Assembly (NCBI GenBank): GCA_963791045.1
Contig: CAWBQK010000013.1
Coordinates: 1-64,000, forward strand
DNA from: Candidatus Latescibacterota bacterium
GTDB lineage: Bacteria > Krumholzibacteriota > Krumholzibacteriia > WVZY01
Direction: 5' to 3'
DNA length: 64,000 nt
Shown: in pieces, positions 9,087 through 19,900 of the stretch
Numbering within the stretch: the first letter of the stretch is position 1
How the letters are laid out: each line of letters opens with the position of its first letter
Notes under the pieces: model-generated
Told to the model about the DNA's origin: nothing
Database searches by the model: none
Seen by the model: only the letters and a program-made list of their open reading frames with translations
Translations under genes and position numbers: made by a program

Positions 9087-12000
9087 GTGGAATCAGTACT
9101 TTGGAAGACTTTCGGAATCGCCGTGATCGTCACTCTGTGCCTCCTCCTCGTCACAAGCGCCGGTGGCATCGACGGACGTTCTGAAGGCGATGACGACGCG
9201 GCGGATCTCATCGAGCTTGCCCGGACGCGGATCGAGCAAGACCGCCTCGAAGAGGCGGACGACCTGCTCGTCGTAGCGTTACGCGACATAGAAGCAGATT
9301 CGACTGGAGATGAAAATCTTCTGGCGGATATCTGTGTCTACCGCGCAAGGATTGCGACAAGCCTCGGCAACTCCAACGACGCCCGCCCACTGTTTGAAAA
9401 AAGCCTGTCGATAAAAACACGTTACTGGGGAGTCGATCATCCCGAATGCGTTCCGGCGATCACCGGCATCGCGACACTGGAGCTGATCGCCGGAGATTTC
9501 ATAGAAGCGGAGCAACTCTTCGAGCGCGGTCTCTCTATTCTGATTCCCAGGCTCGACCCGCTCCATGAATGGATCGTGGAAGCGGCCATCGGGCTTGCCG
9601 AGAGCCAGGGATACCGGAACGACTATGCCGCCGCCGAATTGACACTCCGGCCGAGTCTCGATGCGTTAACGATGCGGGGCGGCAACACCGACGGGCGATC
9701 GGTGCGCTTGATGCTTGCCCTGGCCGAAGCGCTTTCGATGCAGGGGAAAGATGTCGAATCAACTCTTCTGTTCCGAAAGGCCTATTTGATCGCAGAGGAA
9801 GTCTACGGACTCAATCATACGACCACGGCAAGGGCGCTCGCCGGCCTCGCGCACACGTACCGGCGCTCGGGAACAGTAATGGAAACCCGCGCCCTTTACA
9901 GGCAGTGCGTCCAGATCGTCGAATCACGCCACGGCGCGCTCCATCCGGATCTCGTCCACTACCGGTCTCGTCTTGGGATGTCGCTCTTCGAAGGGGATCG
10001 CTGGTCCACCGAAGCCGTCGCTTCGATCGAGCGCGCGATCTTTGACGCGGAGGAACTGTACGGACCTGAAAGCTATCAGGCGGCCCTCGAAGAACGCCAG
10101 CTCGGTCTCGTGATGATGGGTCGGTACGAGTGGCCGGAAGCCGCCGATGTCTTTGCCTCGTGCATCCCGAATCTCGAACGTTATTTCGGCGCCAACCATC
10201 CCTTTCTCAGCAAGAGCCTCAAGGGAATGGCGTGGTCGCTTCTTCATCTGAATCAGCCCGACGACGCCCTGTATTATGTGGATCGCGCCGTATCGCTCCA
10301 TGAAAAATCGCCGACCTTCGACGCATTCGAGCTGTCATTTATCCTCGGCATGAAAGCGACCATCGAAATCGACGCACATTCTTACGACGCGGCGTTGCGC
10401 TCGTCAAGACGCGCCGTCGAGTTGGCGATCAACGTCCAGGAAAATAATCTCAAGATCTCATCGACCCGCGAAGCGGTCTTGTATGCCACACGCCCGTGGG
10501 CGACGGCACAGGCGCTGGTCGCGGCGGCCGTGGCTCACCCGAGTTTGACCGACGCGGACTGGGGAACCGTCTTTGCACTCGTCGCAAAATCCCATGGAAG
10601 CGTTCTCGACTGGCAGGCCGAGCGCCACCGGTTCATTCAATCGATCGGCGGAACAGCCGGGCCGAACGCCGCGGCAAAAACCGCGGCGCAGGACCTATCG
10701 GATTTGACTCTTAACGGCCCGGGCCCCGACACGACGACGTATTACGGTCAGCTCGCAGCCGCGCGGCGAAGAGTCGAAGAGGCCGAACGTGAGTTGTCGG
10801 CGGCCACCGAGGAATGGCGGGCCGCGAGCGAATACGCCGACATATACCACAGAATCTCGCGGGAATCGCTTTCCGACGCCTTGCCCCCCGGGACCACCCT
10901 TGTGCATTTTCTGACATTCACAAAAATCGTCGACTCGCCGTCAAACACGCCATCCTGGCGGGAACCGCACTACGCGGCGTTTCGTTTGTCGAAATACGAT
11001 GAGAATGTCGAGGAACTCGATTTCGTCGACCTGGGCAAGGCAGTGTCGATCGACTCGCTCATCGGCGTCTACAGACAAGCCGTCGACGAAATCCGCTCCC
11101 CCCAACGACCGTCCGCGCGGGAAGAAGCCGAATACAGGCAGTCCGCGCGCACACTCCATGATCGAATATGGTCACCGCTCTTCCCGGATTCTGCGAGCGA
11201 CCCGAACCGGGCCGAGACGGACGCAGCGCCACTTGTGCTAATCATACCCGACGCGGGACTCCACCGCGTCGACTTCAACACGCTCCTCTCCCCTTCCAGC
11301 GAACTCGTCATCGAGAAGTACAAGACCCACCTGCTATCGTCGAGCGCCGACCTGTTGCGGTCACCGCCAAACAACGGCATCGGACGAAACATGTTGGCCG
11401 CGGGCAACCCGGCCCCAACGGTAAATGGTTCATTGAATCTAACGGAGAACAGCCACGATACACATCCAAACAGGGTCAACTGCGTCGACGAATCCGTTTT
11501 CTCCGTCGTTCTTCCCGGCGCCGAACTCGAAACAAAAAACGTCGCGCTGATTTTTGAAAAAGAATCGGGGGAGTCGACATACGTCCTGACCGGCACCGGT
11601 GCGACCGAAACCCGAATCAAGCAGAATATCGAATCAAAACGAATCGTCCACCTCGCGGCCCACGGTTTTGTCTGCGGAGGGAACGACAACCGGCCGCGAT
11701 TCATCGCAACGGACCCGCTCGATCCGCTCCTCATGTCGGGCCTCGTCTTCTCGCCGGTCGACGGCGTGGACGACGGACTCTTGACTTCCCGTGAGGTCGC
11801 CTGTCTCGACCTATGCGGCGTGGAACTGGTCGTTTTGAGCGCCTGTGGGTCCGGGCTCGGAGAAATTGTCTGGGGCGAGGGGATGTTCGGGCTCCGCCGT
11901 GCGTTCGAGATCGCCGGCGCGCGAACGGTCATGATGGCACTTTGGCGGCTCGACGACACAGGCGCCCGCCTTCTGATGGAAGAATTCTACAAACGCAAAC

Positions 12001-12131
12001 TCGCCGGCGCGTCAACACTGGACGCAATCCACGAAGCCCAGATCGAGAGACTCGCCGACGTTCGCCGCCGCCTCAACCGATTTCACCCAGCTCTTTGGGG
12101 CGGGATCGTCACCGAGGGCGACTGGCGATAG
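9087..12131 (+). CDS. Exported TPR-CHAT (caspase-like, clan CD) protease
   Basis: N-terminal hydrophobic signal/anchor FGIAVIVTLCLLLV; TPR-like GxxHP repeats; CHAT motifs IIPDAGLHRVDF, IVHLAAHG (His), VVLSACGSG (Cys), AGARTVMMALW, HPALWGG. Confidence 0.92.
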   Translation: MESVLWKTFGIAVIVTLCLLLVTSAGGIDGRSEGDDDAADLIELARTRIEQDRLEEADDLLVVALRDIEADSTGDENLLADICVYRARIATSLGNSNDARPLFEKSLSIKTRYWGVDHPECVPAITGIATLELIAGDFIEAEQLFERGLSILIPRLDPLHEWIVEAAIGLAESQGYRNDYAAAELTLRPSLDALTMRGGNTDGRSVRLMLALAEALSMQGKDVESTLLFRKAYLIAEEVYGLNHTTTARALAGLAHTYRRSGTVMETRALYRQCVQIVESRHGALHPDLVHYRSRLGMSLFEGDRWSTEAVASIERAIFDAEELYGPESYQAALEERQLGLVMMGRYEWPEAADVFASCIPNLERYFGANHPFLSKSLKGMAWSLLHLNQPDDALYYVDRAVSLHEKSPTFDAFELSFILGMKATIEIDAHSYDAALRSSRRAVELAINVQENNLKISSTREAVLYATRPWATAQALVAAAVAHPSLTDADWGTVFALVAKSHGSVLDWQAERHRFIQSIGGTAGPNAAAKTAAQDLSDLTLNGPGPDTTTYYGQLAAARRRVEEAERELSAATEEWRAASEYADIYHRISRESLSDALPPGTTLVHFLTFTKIVDSPSNTPSWREPHYAAFRLSKYDENVEELDFVDLGKAVSIDSLIGVYRQAVDEIRSPQRPSAREEAEYRQSARTLHDRIWSPLFPDSASDPNRAETDAAPLVLIIPDAGLHRVDFNTLLSPSSELVIEKYKTHLLSSSADLLRSPPNNGIGRNMLAAGNPAPTVNGSLNLTENSHDTHPNRVNCVDESVFSVVLPGAELETKNVALIFEKESGESTYVLTGTGATETRIKQNIESKRIVHLAAHGFVCGGNDNRPRFIATDPLDPLLMSGLVFSPVDGVDDGLLTSREVACLDLCGVELVVLSACGSGLGEIVWGEGMFGLRRAFEIAGARTVMMALWRLDDTGARLLMEEFYKRKLAGASTLDAIHEAQIERLADVRRRLNRFHPALWGGIVTEGDWR

Positions 12132-12153
12132 CACCCCAAATCAATAACTCTCC

Positions 12154-12179
12154 TGTAACGTTTTCCCGCACCATGCGAT
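12154..12179 (+). promoter_or_regulatory. Putative ECF promoter of the secreted FG-GAP protein gene
   Basis: TGTAACGTTTT-cccgcaccatg-CGAT, about 115 nt upstream of ATG 12295. Confidence 0.7.
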
Positions 12180-12294
12180 CTCCATTATAGACCCCAATCG
12201 ATTCCGCATCTGTTGGCAACCGGCGCCCCGGTCTCGGGAAACCCATTTCGTTGCGGCGCGGCGAGCGGGCCGTAGCTTTACCGAGGAGAAAGAC

Positions 12295-15200
12295 ATGAGA
12301 GCGACATTCGTCCTTTTGGCAATGGCCTGCACGTTGTTGGCCCCAATGACGGGAAACGCCGTCAAGGTAGTGGTCGACGCAAATGAAGATGCTTACGTTT
12401 TGAGTTCTACTCCGACGACCCTGTACGGAGGGGCCACGACACTGCTCGTCAAGCACACCGAACCCCCTTCAGAGACAATGGCCAGGGCGTTCCTGCAATT
12501 CGACTTGTCGTCGATTCCAGCCGATGCATCAATCCAGGTCGCGCTCCTGTACATGTACGATCAAACCGCCGGGGGCGGAAGCAATCTCAATATCTACCCC
12601 GTCGATACCATATGGTCGGAAGCCACCGTCAACTGGGATAACCAGCCGTCTTACGATCCCGTGGCCGCGGGTATTCTGCTCGGTTACACATACACAGGTT
12701 GGTACAACGCCGACGTGACCGGCCTTGTCAATGAGTGGCGGGATGGGCTTCGCTCGAACCACGGACTTCTCGTAAAAGAAGGCGGTTATTTTTGCCCGGT
12801 GACACTTCCCGCGTGCGGCCCCCGCACATTCAGGAGCAGCGAGTACTCCGGCTTCAAGCCCTATTTGATGGTTATATACGACTCTCCCACCGTCGACCTT
12901 CCGGCTGATATGGATGCGCACGTGAGGGAGTCCTCGGACACTACCAATTACGGTTTGAGCGAAACGCTGAATATTGGTGACAAGGGTTGCCGGAGCTATC
13001 TTGGGTTCAACACAGCGGGCATCCCGGCCGGCGCCACGATCGAATACGCCAGAATTCGACTGTACCATTTCGCCTACTCGGGAGGGTTTCCAGGGGCAAC
13101 GGGGTTTATGACGAGCGCCTTCCGCGTCACTGAGTCGTGGTCGGAGGAAACCATCAACTGGTCGAACAAGCCATCCCACGCCACAACGCCGGAATCTATC
13201 AATGTGAACAATATCGGTGGAATCTACGTCGGATGGGCCAATTTTGACGTGACGTCTTTGGTCGAAGACTGGGTTGGCGGAGAAACAAATCACGGCGTAG
13301 TAGTCCGTGAGGCCGTGACATCCAGCTTCGCCAGCCAGACGGGATTCATGCGCAGCGATGAATACGCCGACCCCGATTACAAGCCCCGAATTGAAGTGTT
13401 TTACTCGTTCGCGCCGCAAAACGAATTTGCGCCGGACCAGTATCTCACCGGCGTATCCATGGGCGACGACTGTTGGGGCGACATTGACGGCGACGGCGAC
13501 CTCGACCTTGTCGTTTGCGGCGACGACGGCGGCGGCCCCCTCACCAGTCTCTTCATCAATCACCTGGGGACCCTGACGGAAAGCTACACCCACCCGTTCC
13601 CGGATATTCGAGGTGCGGCGAGCACCGGCAATCTCGACTTCGGAGACTATGACAACGACGGCGACCTCGACCTGGCGCTCGCAGGCGAGGGCTCAGGTGG
13701 TCCCGTGACGGAGATTTATAAAAATAACGGCGCCGGAACGTTTACCCTCGACACCCGTCAGTCATTGACGCCGGTCAAATACGCATCGCTCGACTGGGGT
13801 GACTACGACAATGACGGGGACCTCGACCTCTATGTCCAGGGGCACAACGGCACCGTTTCGTTGTCGAGTGTGTACGAAAACGATGGCACGGGGCTTCTCT
13901 CCGGAACCGCGGCGGCATTGACTCCCCTTTGCGCGGGGTCCGCCGACTGGGTAGATTTCGATGGCGACACCGATCTGGACCTGGCTGTTACCGGCTCCGA
14001 CCTCGTCGCCCGTCACACCATATTCTACGAAAACGACAACTCGGCGTTGACACCGTTGGGCAACAAGGGACTCCCCGATGTGGCCTACTCGGACATGGCG
14101 TGGGGAGACTTCGACAGCGATGGCGACCTCGATCTCGCATTTATGGGACAGGTGATGGCGCCCGGCGGCGAATATACTCGAGTCTACCAAAACGACGGAG
14201 GGGGCGGACTCTCGCTCGCCTGGGACGTTGACAACCTTCGTCTCGGCGAGTGCGCCTGGGGTGATTTCTCGAATGACGGCAAACTCGATGTCATCTTCTG
14301 CGGCGACCACGCCATTCTCGGTCCCTTGACGGAAATCTTCTACAACGACGGCACCAACAACTTCTCCGGGCTTGCCACACCCCTCGTCACGGGTGTCCAA
14401 CGGGCGTCGGCAAGCTGGGCCGATGTCGACAGCGATGGCGATCTCGATCTCTTCATGACCGGAGAGGATATCACGACTGCGAAATACGCCGTCCTTTACG
14501 AAAACACCGGCGGCCCCGCCAACACACAGCCAGAACCGCCGACCGAATTCGAGACCTCTCGTCTGCCCGGTTTTTCACCGCTTCTGCCGGACACACTCAT
14601 AATGAGATGGGACGGAGCAAATGACGAGGAAACCGCTGAGAGGGGATTCTATTATTGTGTCCGCGTCGGCCATGGCTGGAAAGGCGATGACATTTACTCG
14701 GGCACATATGGTTCACCGCTTATGGGAAACGTCCAGGGAGCCAACGAGCTCAGAGTCGCCATCCCGCCCGTCGAGCCCGACGACCACTTCTATTGGAGCG
14801 TTAAAACGATCGATGCGGGATTGATGGCTTCCGAGTGGTCAACGCAACAATGCAGCTGGAAACCGGACAGCCTGTGGTGGAATATCGACACGTGCAACGA
14901 CGACGCCTACGTCGATAACGGGCTCCCCAACAACACCTATGGAGTGACCGAAGCCATAAACTTGATTGTCGGCGACCAGGGCTATTCGAGCAGAATAGCC
15001 CGCTCGTACTTGCAATTCAACAAACCCACATCCCTCGATCCTGGAGCGGAGATCGCCAAAGTGGAATTGTACGTGCACTGTCGAAGTATCATCTCACCGC
15101 CATACTATGTCGAAGCCCGGCGTGAGAACGACGACACTTGGGACGAAAACACGATCACGTGGAATAACGCTCCCACAGCGTTCCACCCGTACGCCGACGA

Positions 15201-15708
15201 TGCCGTACGCGTAACTCCGGGGTGGTGCGTGTGGGACGTCACGTCGAGTGTCAACGCCACCGTGGACGGCGTCATCACGTTCGTTCTTCGGGGCGCCACA
15301 CCACCCGAAGGAACACTAGGAGTTCAAGCCGAGTTCGACAGCAAGGAGACGGCAAACGCACCCTATCTCAAGACTCATTACATGACCGTTGTCGGAATCG
15401 GTGACGACGCACCGGAGCCGGACCGATTTGCGCTCTCGCAAAACGTGCCCAATCCATTCAACCCGACTACGCGCATCAGCTTCACGATTCCGAACGGTTC
15501 GGGACCTGAACACGTAACCCTGAAGATTTACGATGTGTCAGGAAGGCTCGTGCAAACACTGTCTGACGAACCCAGGGGGGGCGGTCTCCATACGATCGAA
15601 TGGAACGGAAAGGACCGCCAAGGCTCACCCGTCGCCAGCGGCGTGTATTTCTACAGGCTTCGGTGGAATGAAAACGTCGAATCAAAAAAGATGGTGCTCT
15701 TGCGTTAG
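12295..15708 (+). CDS. Secreted protein with three DNRLRE/CBM96-like domains, an FG-GAP/VCBS beta-propeller and a C-terminal FlgD-Ig domain
   Basis: Signal peptide; three DAYV/DAHV...YG...WxExT[VI][NT]W modules; seven [WF][GVA]DxxxDGxLD repeats; ends QNVPNPFNPTTRI...SGVYFYRL...KKMVLLR. Confidence 0.9.
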   Translation: MRATFVLLAMACTLLAPMTGNAVKVVVDANEDAYVLSSTPTTLYGGATTLLVKHTEPPSETMARAFLQFDLSSIPADASIQVALLYMYDQTAGGGSNLNIYPVDTIWSEATVNWDNQPSYDPVAAGILLGYTYTGWYNADVTGLVNEWRDGLRSNHGLLVKEGGYFCPVTLPACGPRTFRSSEYSGFKPYLMVIYDSPTVDLPADMDAHVRESSDTTNYGLSETLNIGDKGCRSYLGFNTAGIPAGATIEYARIRLYHFAYSGGFPGATGFMTSAFRVTESWSEETINWSNKPSHATTPESINVNNIGGIYVGWANFDVTSLVEDWVGGETNHGVVVREAVTSSFASQTGFMRSDEYADPDYKPRIEVFYSFAPQNEFAPDQYLTGVSMGDDCWGDIDGDGDLDLVVCGDDGGGPLTSLFINHLGTLTESYTHPFPDIRGAASTGNLDFGDYDNDGDLDLALAGEGSGGPVTEIYKNNGAGTFTLDTRQSLTPVKYASLDWGDYDNDGDLDLYVQGHNGTVSLSSVYENDGTGLLSGTAAALTPLCAGSADWVDFDGDTDLDLAVTGSDLVARHTIFYENDNSALTPLGNKGLPDVAYSDMAWGDFDSDGDLDLAFMGQVMAPGGEYTRVYQNDGGGGLSLAWDVDNLRLGECAWGDFSNDGKLDVIFCGDHAILGPLTEIFYNDGTNNFSGLATPLVTGVQRASASWADVDSDGDLDLFMTGEDITTAKYAVLYENTGGPANTQPEPPTEFETSRLPGFSPLLPDTLIMRWDGANDEETAERGFYYCVRVGHGWKGDDIYSGTYGSPLMGNVQGANELRVAIPPVEPDDHFYWSVKTIDAGLMASEWSTQQCSWKPDSLWWNIDTCNDDAYVDNGLPNNTYGVTEAINLIVGDQGYSSRIARSYLQFNKPTSLDPGAEIAKVELYVHCRSIISPPYYVEARRENDDTWDENTITWNNAPTAFHPYADDAVRVTPGWCVWDVTSSVNATVDGVITFVLRGATPPEGTLGVQAEFDSKETANAPYLKTHYMTVVGIGDDAPEPDRFALSQNVPNPFNPTTRISFTIPNGSGPEHVTLKIYDVSGRLVQTLSDEPRGGGLHTIEWNGKDRQGSPVASGVYFYRLRWNENVESKKMVLLR

Positions 15709-15873
15709 AAATTTCCTCAGGCGGTGCTAGCAGGGGGGAGAAAGAAGCCCGGGACATGCGTGTCCCGGGCTTCTCCATTTGGGCTCCGGCACATGCGCCG
15801 GCCAGGCCAGGCCGCGCCCCAGAGTGACTTTCTCACGAACGACGTCGACAGGCCGTTAGCCTGGCGGCGCTAT

Positions 15874-15912
15874 ACGCAAGAAGGCCCGGTCTCAGACCGG
15901 GCCTTCTTGCGT
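15874..15912. terminator. Perfect 18-bp hairpin between convergent transcripts
   Basis: ACGCAAGAAGGCCCGGTC-tca-GACCGGGCCTTCTTGCGT, immediately 3' of tRNA-Lys. A second hairpin lies at about 15745-15775. Confidence 0.7.
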
Positions 15913-15916
15913 GATG

Positions 15917-16066
<150 letters not shown>

Positions 16067-16176
16067 ATATTTGATTTCAAAGATAACGCCCGGTCACTAT
16101 AAACGTTCCACCAAAAAAAATCAAGGAGGAGCCAATACCCCGGCTCCCCCTTTTTTGCCCGAGTCCAGGCAATACT

Positions 16177-16614
16177 CTAGAACGGCAGATCGTCGTCGTC
16201 GCCGCCTCCGCCGCCACCAGCGCTCTGAGCGACATTCTCATCCGGCCCGAATTCCTGCGCCGGCACGTCTCCCGTTTCCCCAGCCCGACCCAACATCACC
16301 ATATTCGCGGCGATAACTTCGGTCGTGTACTTCTTGTTCCCCTGCTGATCATCCCACGAACGCGTCTGAAGACGACCCTCGATATAGACCTGCTTCCCTT
16401 TTTTTAGGTACTCACCACAGATCTCAGCGAGACGCGCCCACGCAACAACGCGGTGCCACTCGGTGCGTGTTTCCTTTTCACCACTCTTGTTGGTGAACTT
16501 CTCCGACGTGGCAATGTTGAAATTAGCGACGGCCGTTCCGCTCGGCGTATACCTGAGCTGTGGATCGGCGCCAAGATTTCCAACCAGGATGACCTTGTTT
16601 ACCCCACTCATCAC
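16177..16614 (-). CDS. ssb: Single-stranded DNA-binding protein
   Basis: [14 protein letters not shown]...TEWHRVV...EGRLQTRSW...DDDLPF. Confidence 0.98.
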   Translation of the reverse strand: MMSGVNKVILVGNLGADPQLRYTPSGTAVANFNIATSEKFTNKSGEKETRTEWHRVVAWARLAEICGEYLKKGKQVYIEGRLQTRSWDDQQGNKKYTTEVIAANMVMLGRAGETGDVPAQEFGPDENVAQSAGGGGGGDDDDLPF

Positions 16615-16674
16615 ATACCTCCCGTTAAAATTGGAACAAAATCAAAGCGTGCGGGACCCCTTCCCGCACGCTTT

Positions 16675-16703
16675 TTTATATCGCAAAACAGGCCCCGGGT
16701 CAA
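16675..16703 (-). promoter_or_regulatory. Sigma70 promoter of ssb, followed by a 5'-leader hairpin
   Basis: TTGACC-N17-TATAAA on the minus strand; hairpin AAAGCGTGCGGGA/TCCCGCACGCTTT at about 16644-16674. Confidence 0.6.
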
Positions 16704-16933
16704 GCCGAAACCGGCTACAACCCTCTTCCGACGGGCCTCCAGACCCCCAAACCGCGCTCCCTCCCTTCCGACCGGCGCCGCGGCCGCCGAATCGCTCGGG
16801 GTGCAACCCAAACTGGCCAATCTGCGTAGGTTGTGGTAATATGTCCCGATCTCCCGTGTCCACAAATGTTCAATAACGCGGCGGCCCCACACCACCGCGC
16901 TCAGTTTACTTTCTACCCAAACAAGGAGGCTGC

Positions 16934-19900
16934 ATGCGCTCTCGACACACAAGAACGCTTATTGGAGTCATCCTGGCGATGGTGCTGATCGTCCCCACGC
17001 TGGCGCTATCCCAGACCAAGCTCCTTCGATTCCCCGATATCCACGGGGATAAGGTCACGTTCTGCTACGCAGGTGACCTGTGGCTCGCCGACGCGACGGG
17101 CGGAACCGCCGTACGGCTGACTACACACCCGGGGCAGGAACTCTTCCCCAAATTTTCACCCGACGGCAAATGGATCGCTTTCACCGGTCAGTACGACGGT
17201 GACGAGCAGGTCTATATTATACCGACGGAGGGTGGGGTTCCGACCCAGCTTACATTTTACCCGGCGCTCGGGCCTCTACCTCCGCGTTGGGGTTATGACA
17301 ACCAGATCTACGGGTGGACCCGCGACGGTAACGCGGTTCTGTTCCGGTCGATGCGTTACGGCTTTGACCTGACCGACACCCGGCTCTTCACCGTGACCTT
17401 GAAGGGCGGACTCCCCGAGCCGCTGCCGATGCCCGTGTCGGGCGCCGGCGAGTTCTCCCCCGACGGGTCGAAAATGGTCTATTCCCCCCTCATTCGTGAT
17501 TTCCGAACATGGAAGCGCTATCAGGGTGGCTGGGCGCAGGATCTTTATACATTCGACCTGACGACATTCGAAGCGACGCAGGTCACCGATCACGACCGCT
17601 CGGACCGTGATCCGATGTGGATCGGCGACATGATTTACTTCTCGTCGGACCGTGACGGAAAACTCAACCTGTACTCGTTCAATCCCGCCACAAACGAGAC
17701 CGATCAGCTCACGAAAGAAAAAACCTACGACGTCCGCTGGCCGAGCGCCGGTGACGACGGCCGTATCGTTTATGAGTTGAACGGCGAGCTTCAGGTTTAT
17801 GATATCGCCACGGCGAAATCAGCTAAGATCTCGATTCTCGCCAACAACGACGGTGTCGCTATGCGGCCGACGCGGATTTCGGCAGCTCGCAATGTCGAGG
17901 CGTACGGACTAAGCCCCAAGGGCGAACGCGCCGTATTCGCCGCGCGCGGTGACATCTTTACCGCGCCGATCGAAAAAGGCGCCACGCGTAATCTTACCAA
18001 CTCGTCGCGTTATCACGACAAGTGGCCCGCGTGGTCTCCTGACGGGAAAAAGATCGCGTTTATCTCCGACCGCACCGGCGAGGAAGAAATCTATCTCGTC
18101 GACCAGGACGGCAAGGGCGAGATCGAGCAGCTCACCAACAACGGCAAGGAAATGCGGTACGCGCCCAAGTGGTCTCCATGCGGCAAGATGATCGCGTTCA
18201 CCGACAAAAACGGCAAAATCTGGGTGCTCGATGTCGCGACCAAGAAGTCCATCGAAGTCGCCAACGAAAAGAACAACTGGACGACCGACTACATGTGGTC
18301 GCCCAACGGCGGATATCTCACCTTCAGCATGGAAGACGAAACCGGCTTCGCTTCGATTTACATTTGGAGCGCCGGGGACAAAAAGCTCCACCGGATCACC
18401 GGGCCGTACTTCAACGAGTTCGAACCCGTGTGGGATCCCAGCGGCGACTATCTCTATTATATGAGTGATAGAGAGTTCGCACCCCAGATCGGATCGATCG
18501 AGTGGAACTATCTCGTCGATCGCGAGACGTATATCTACGCGCTTGCGCTCCGCAAAGACGTCAAGAACCCGTTCCCCTTCGAGAGCGACGAGGTAAAAAT
18601 CGACGAAGAAAAGAAAGACGGGGACAAGGACGACAAGAAGCCCGAGAAAGGCAAAGACGAAGACAAGGACAAGGACAAGGACGAGAAGAAAGACGAGAAA
18701 AAAGAGCCGATCAAGATCGACTTTGAAGGACTCGCCGACCGTGTCGCCCGCATTCCCGTGGACGCGGACAACTTCTATGGTCTCGAAGCCGTCGAAGGCA
18801 AGATCATCTACGTCGCCGGAAGCCCGTTCTACTACGGACGTGCGAGCGATGTAAAACGGACGATCAAAGTCTTCGAATTCGAAGATCGTAAAGAAAGCAC
18901 GATCGTCGAGGACGCCGGCGGATACGCGCTGTCAAACGATGGCAAGAAACTGCTCGCGCGCGTGAACGGCCAGTTCAAACTTTTCGACGCAAAGCCCAAG
19001 GGCGGAGACGCCAAGGCAGTGTCGACGAGCGGACTCATGGTCGACAGAGTTCCCGCCGACGAGTGGGCCGAGATCTTTGACGAGGTCTGGCGCCGCTTCC
19101 GTGATTTCTTCTATGCGGAGAACATGCACGGTTACAATTGGGAACAAATCGGCGACCGCTATCGCCCGCTTGTCGAGCATGTCGCACACCGCGCCGACCT
19201 CAACTATGTGCTCGGCGAAATGGTCGGAGAGCTCAACACATCGCACTCTTACATCCAGGGCGGCGACTACGAAGTTCCCGACAGACCGAGAGTCGCGCTT
19301 CTTGGAGCTCGCCTCGAACTGGACCCGAAGGAAAACCGGTACAAAGTTGTCGAGATCCTCAAGGGTCAAAACCAGGAGGACCGGTACCGCTCACCGATGA
19401 CAGAAATCGGTGTCGACATAAACGTGGGCGACTACATTCTCGCCATCGACGGTGTCGATCTTACCGGCGACGAGAACCCGTACCGGATGCTCCGCAACAA
19501 GGCGGACCGCCCCGTCGCGCTTCTCGTCAACTCTTCGGCGAAGAAGAAAGACGCACGCAACGTCACCTTCGAGCCGATCTCGAGTGAGCGGAGCCTCCGC
19601 TATCTCGAATGGGTCGTCGGCAACCGCGAGAAGGTCGCGAAGGCCACGGACGGGCGTGTCGGATACCTCCACGTACCCGACATGGGTTCCGACGGAATCC
19701 GTGAGTTCATCAAGTGGTACTACGGCCAGATCAAGATGGAAGGTCTTGTCATCGACGTCCGCGGAAATGGCGGCGGAAACGTATCGCAGATGCTCATCGA
19801 ACGACTGGGGCGCGAACTCCTCAGTCTCGACTACTCGCGCAACAGCGAATACGCGAGCCCGTATCCGAACTCCGTTTTCAACGGCCACCTCGTCTGTCTC

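Noticed and set aside
9087-12131. Craspase/type III-E CRISPR-associated Csx29 locus
   Set aside because: No Cas7-11 or array is nearby, and the protein has an export signal.
18600-18710. GACAAG-rich tandem-like repeat
   Set aside because: It encodes the Lys/Asp/Glu-rich linker of the tricorn protease and is ordinary low complexity.
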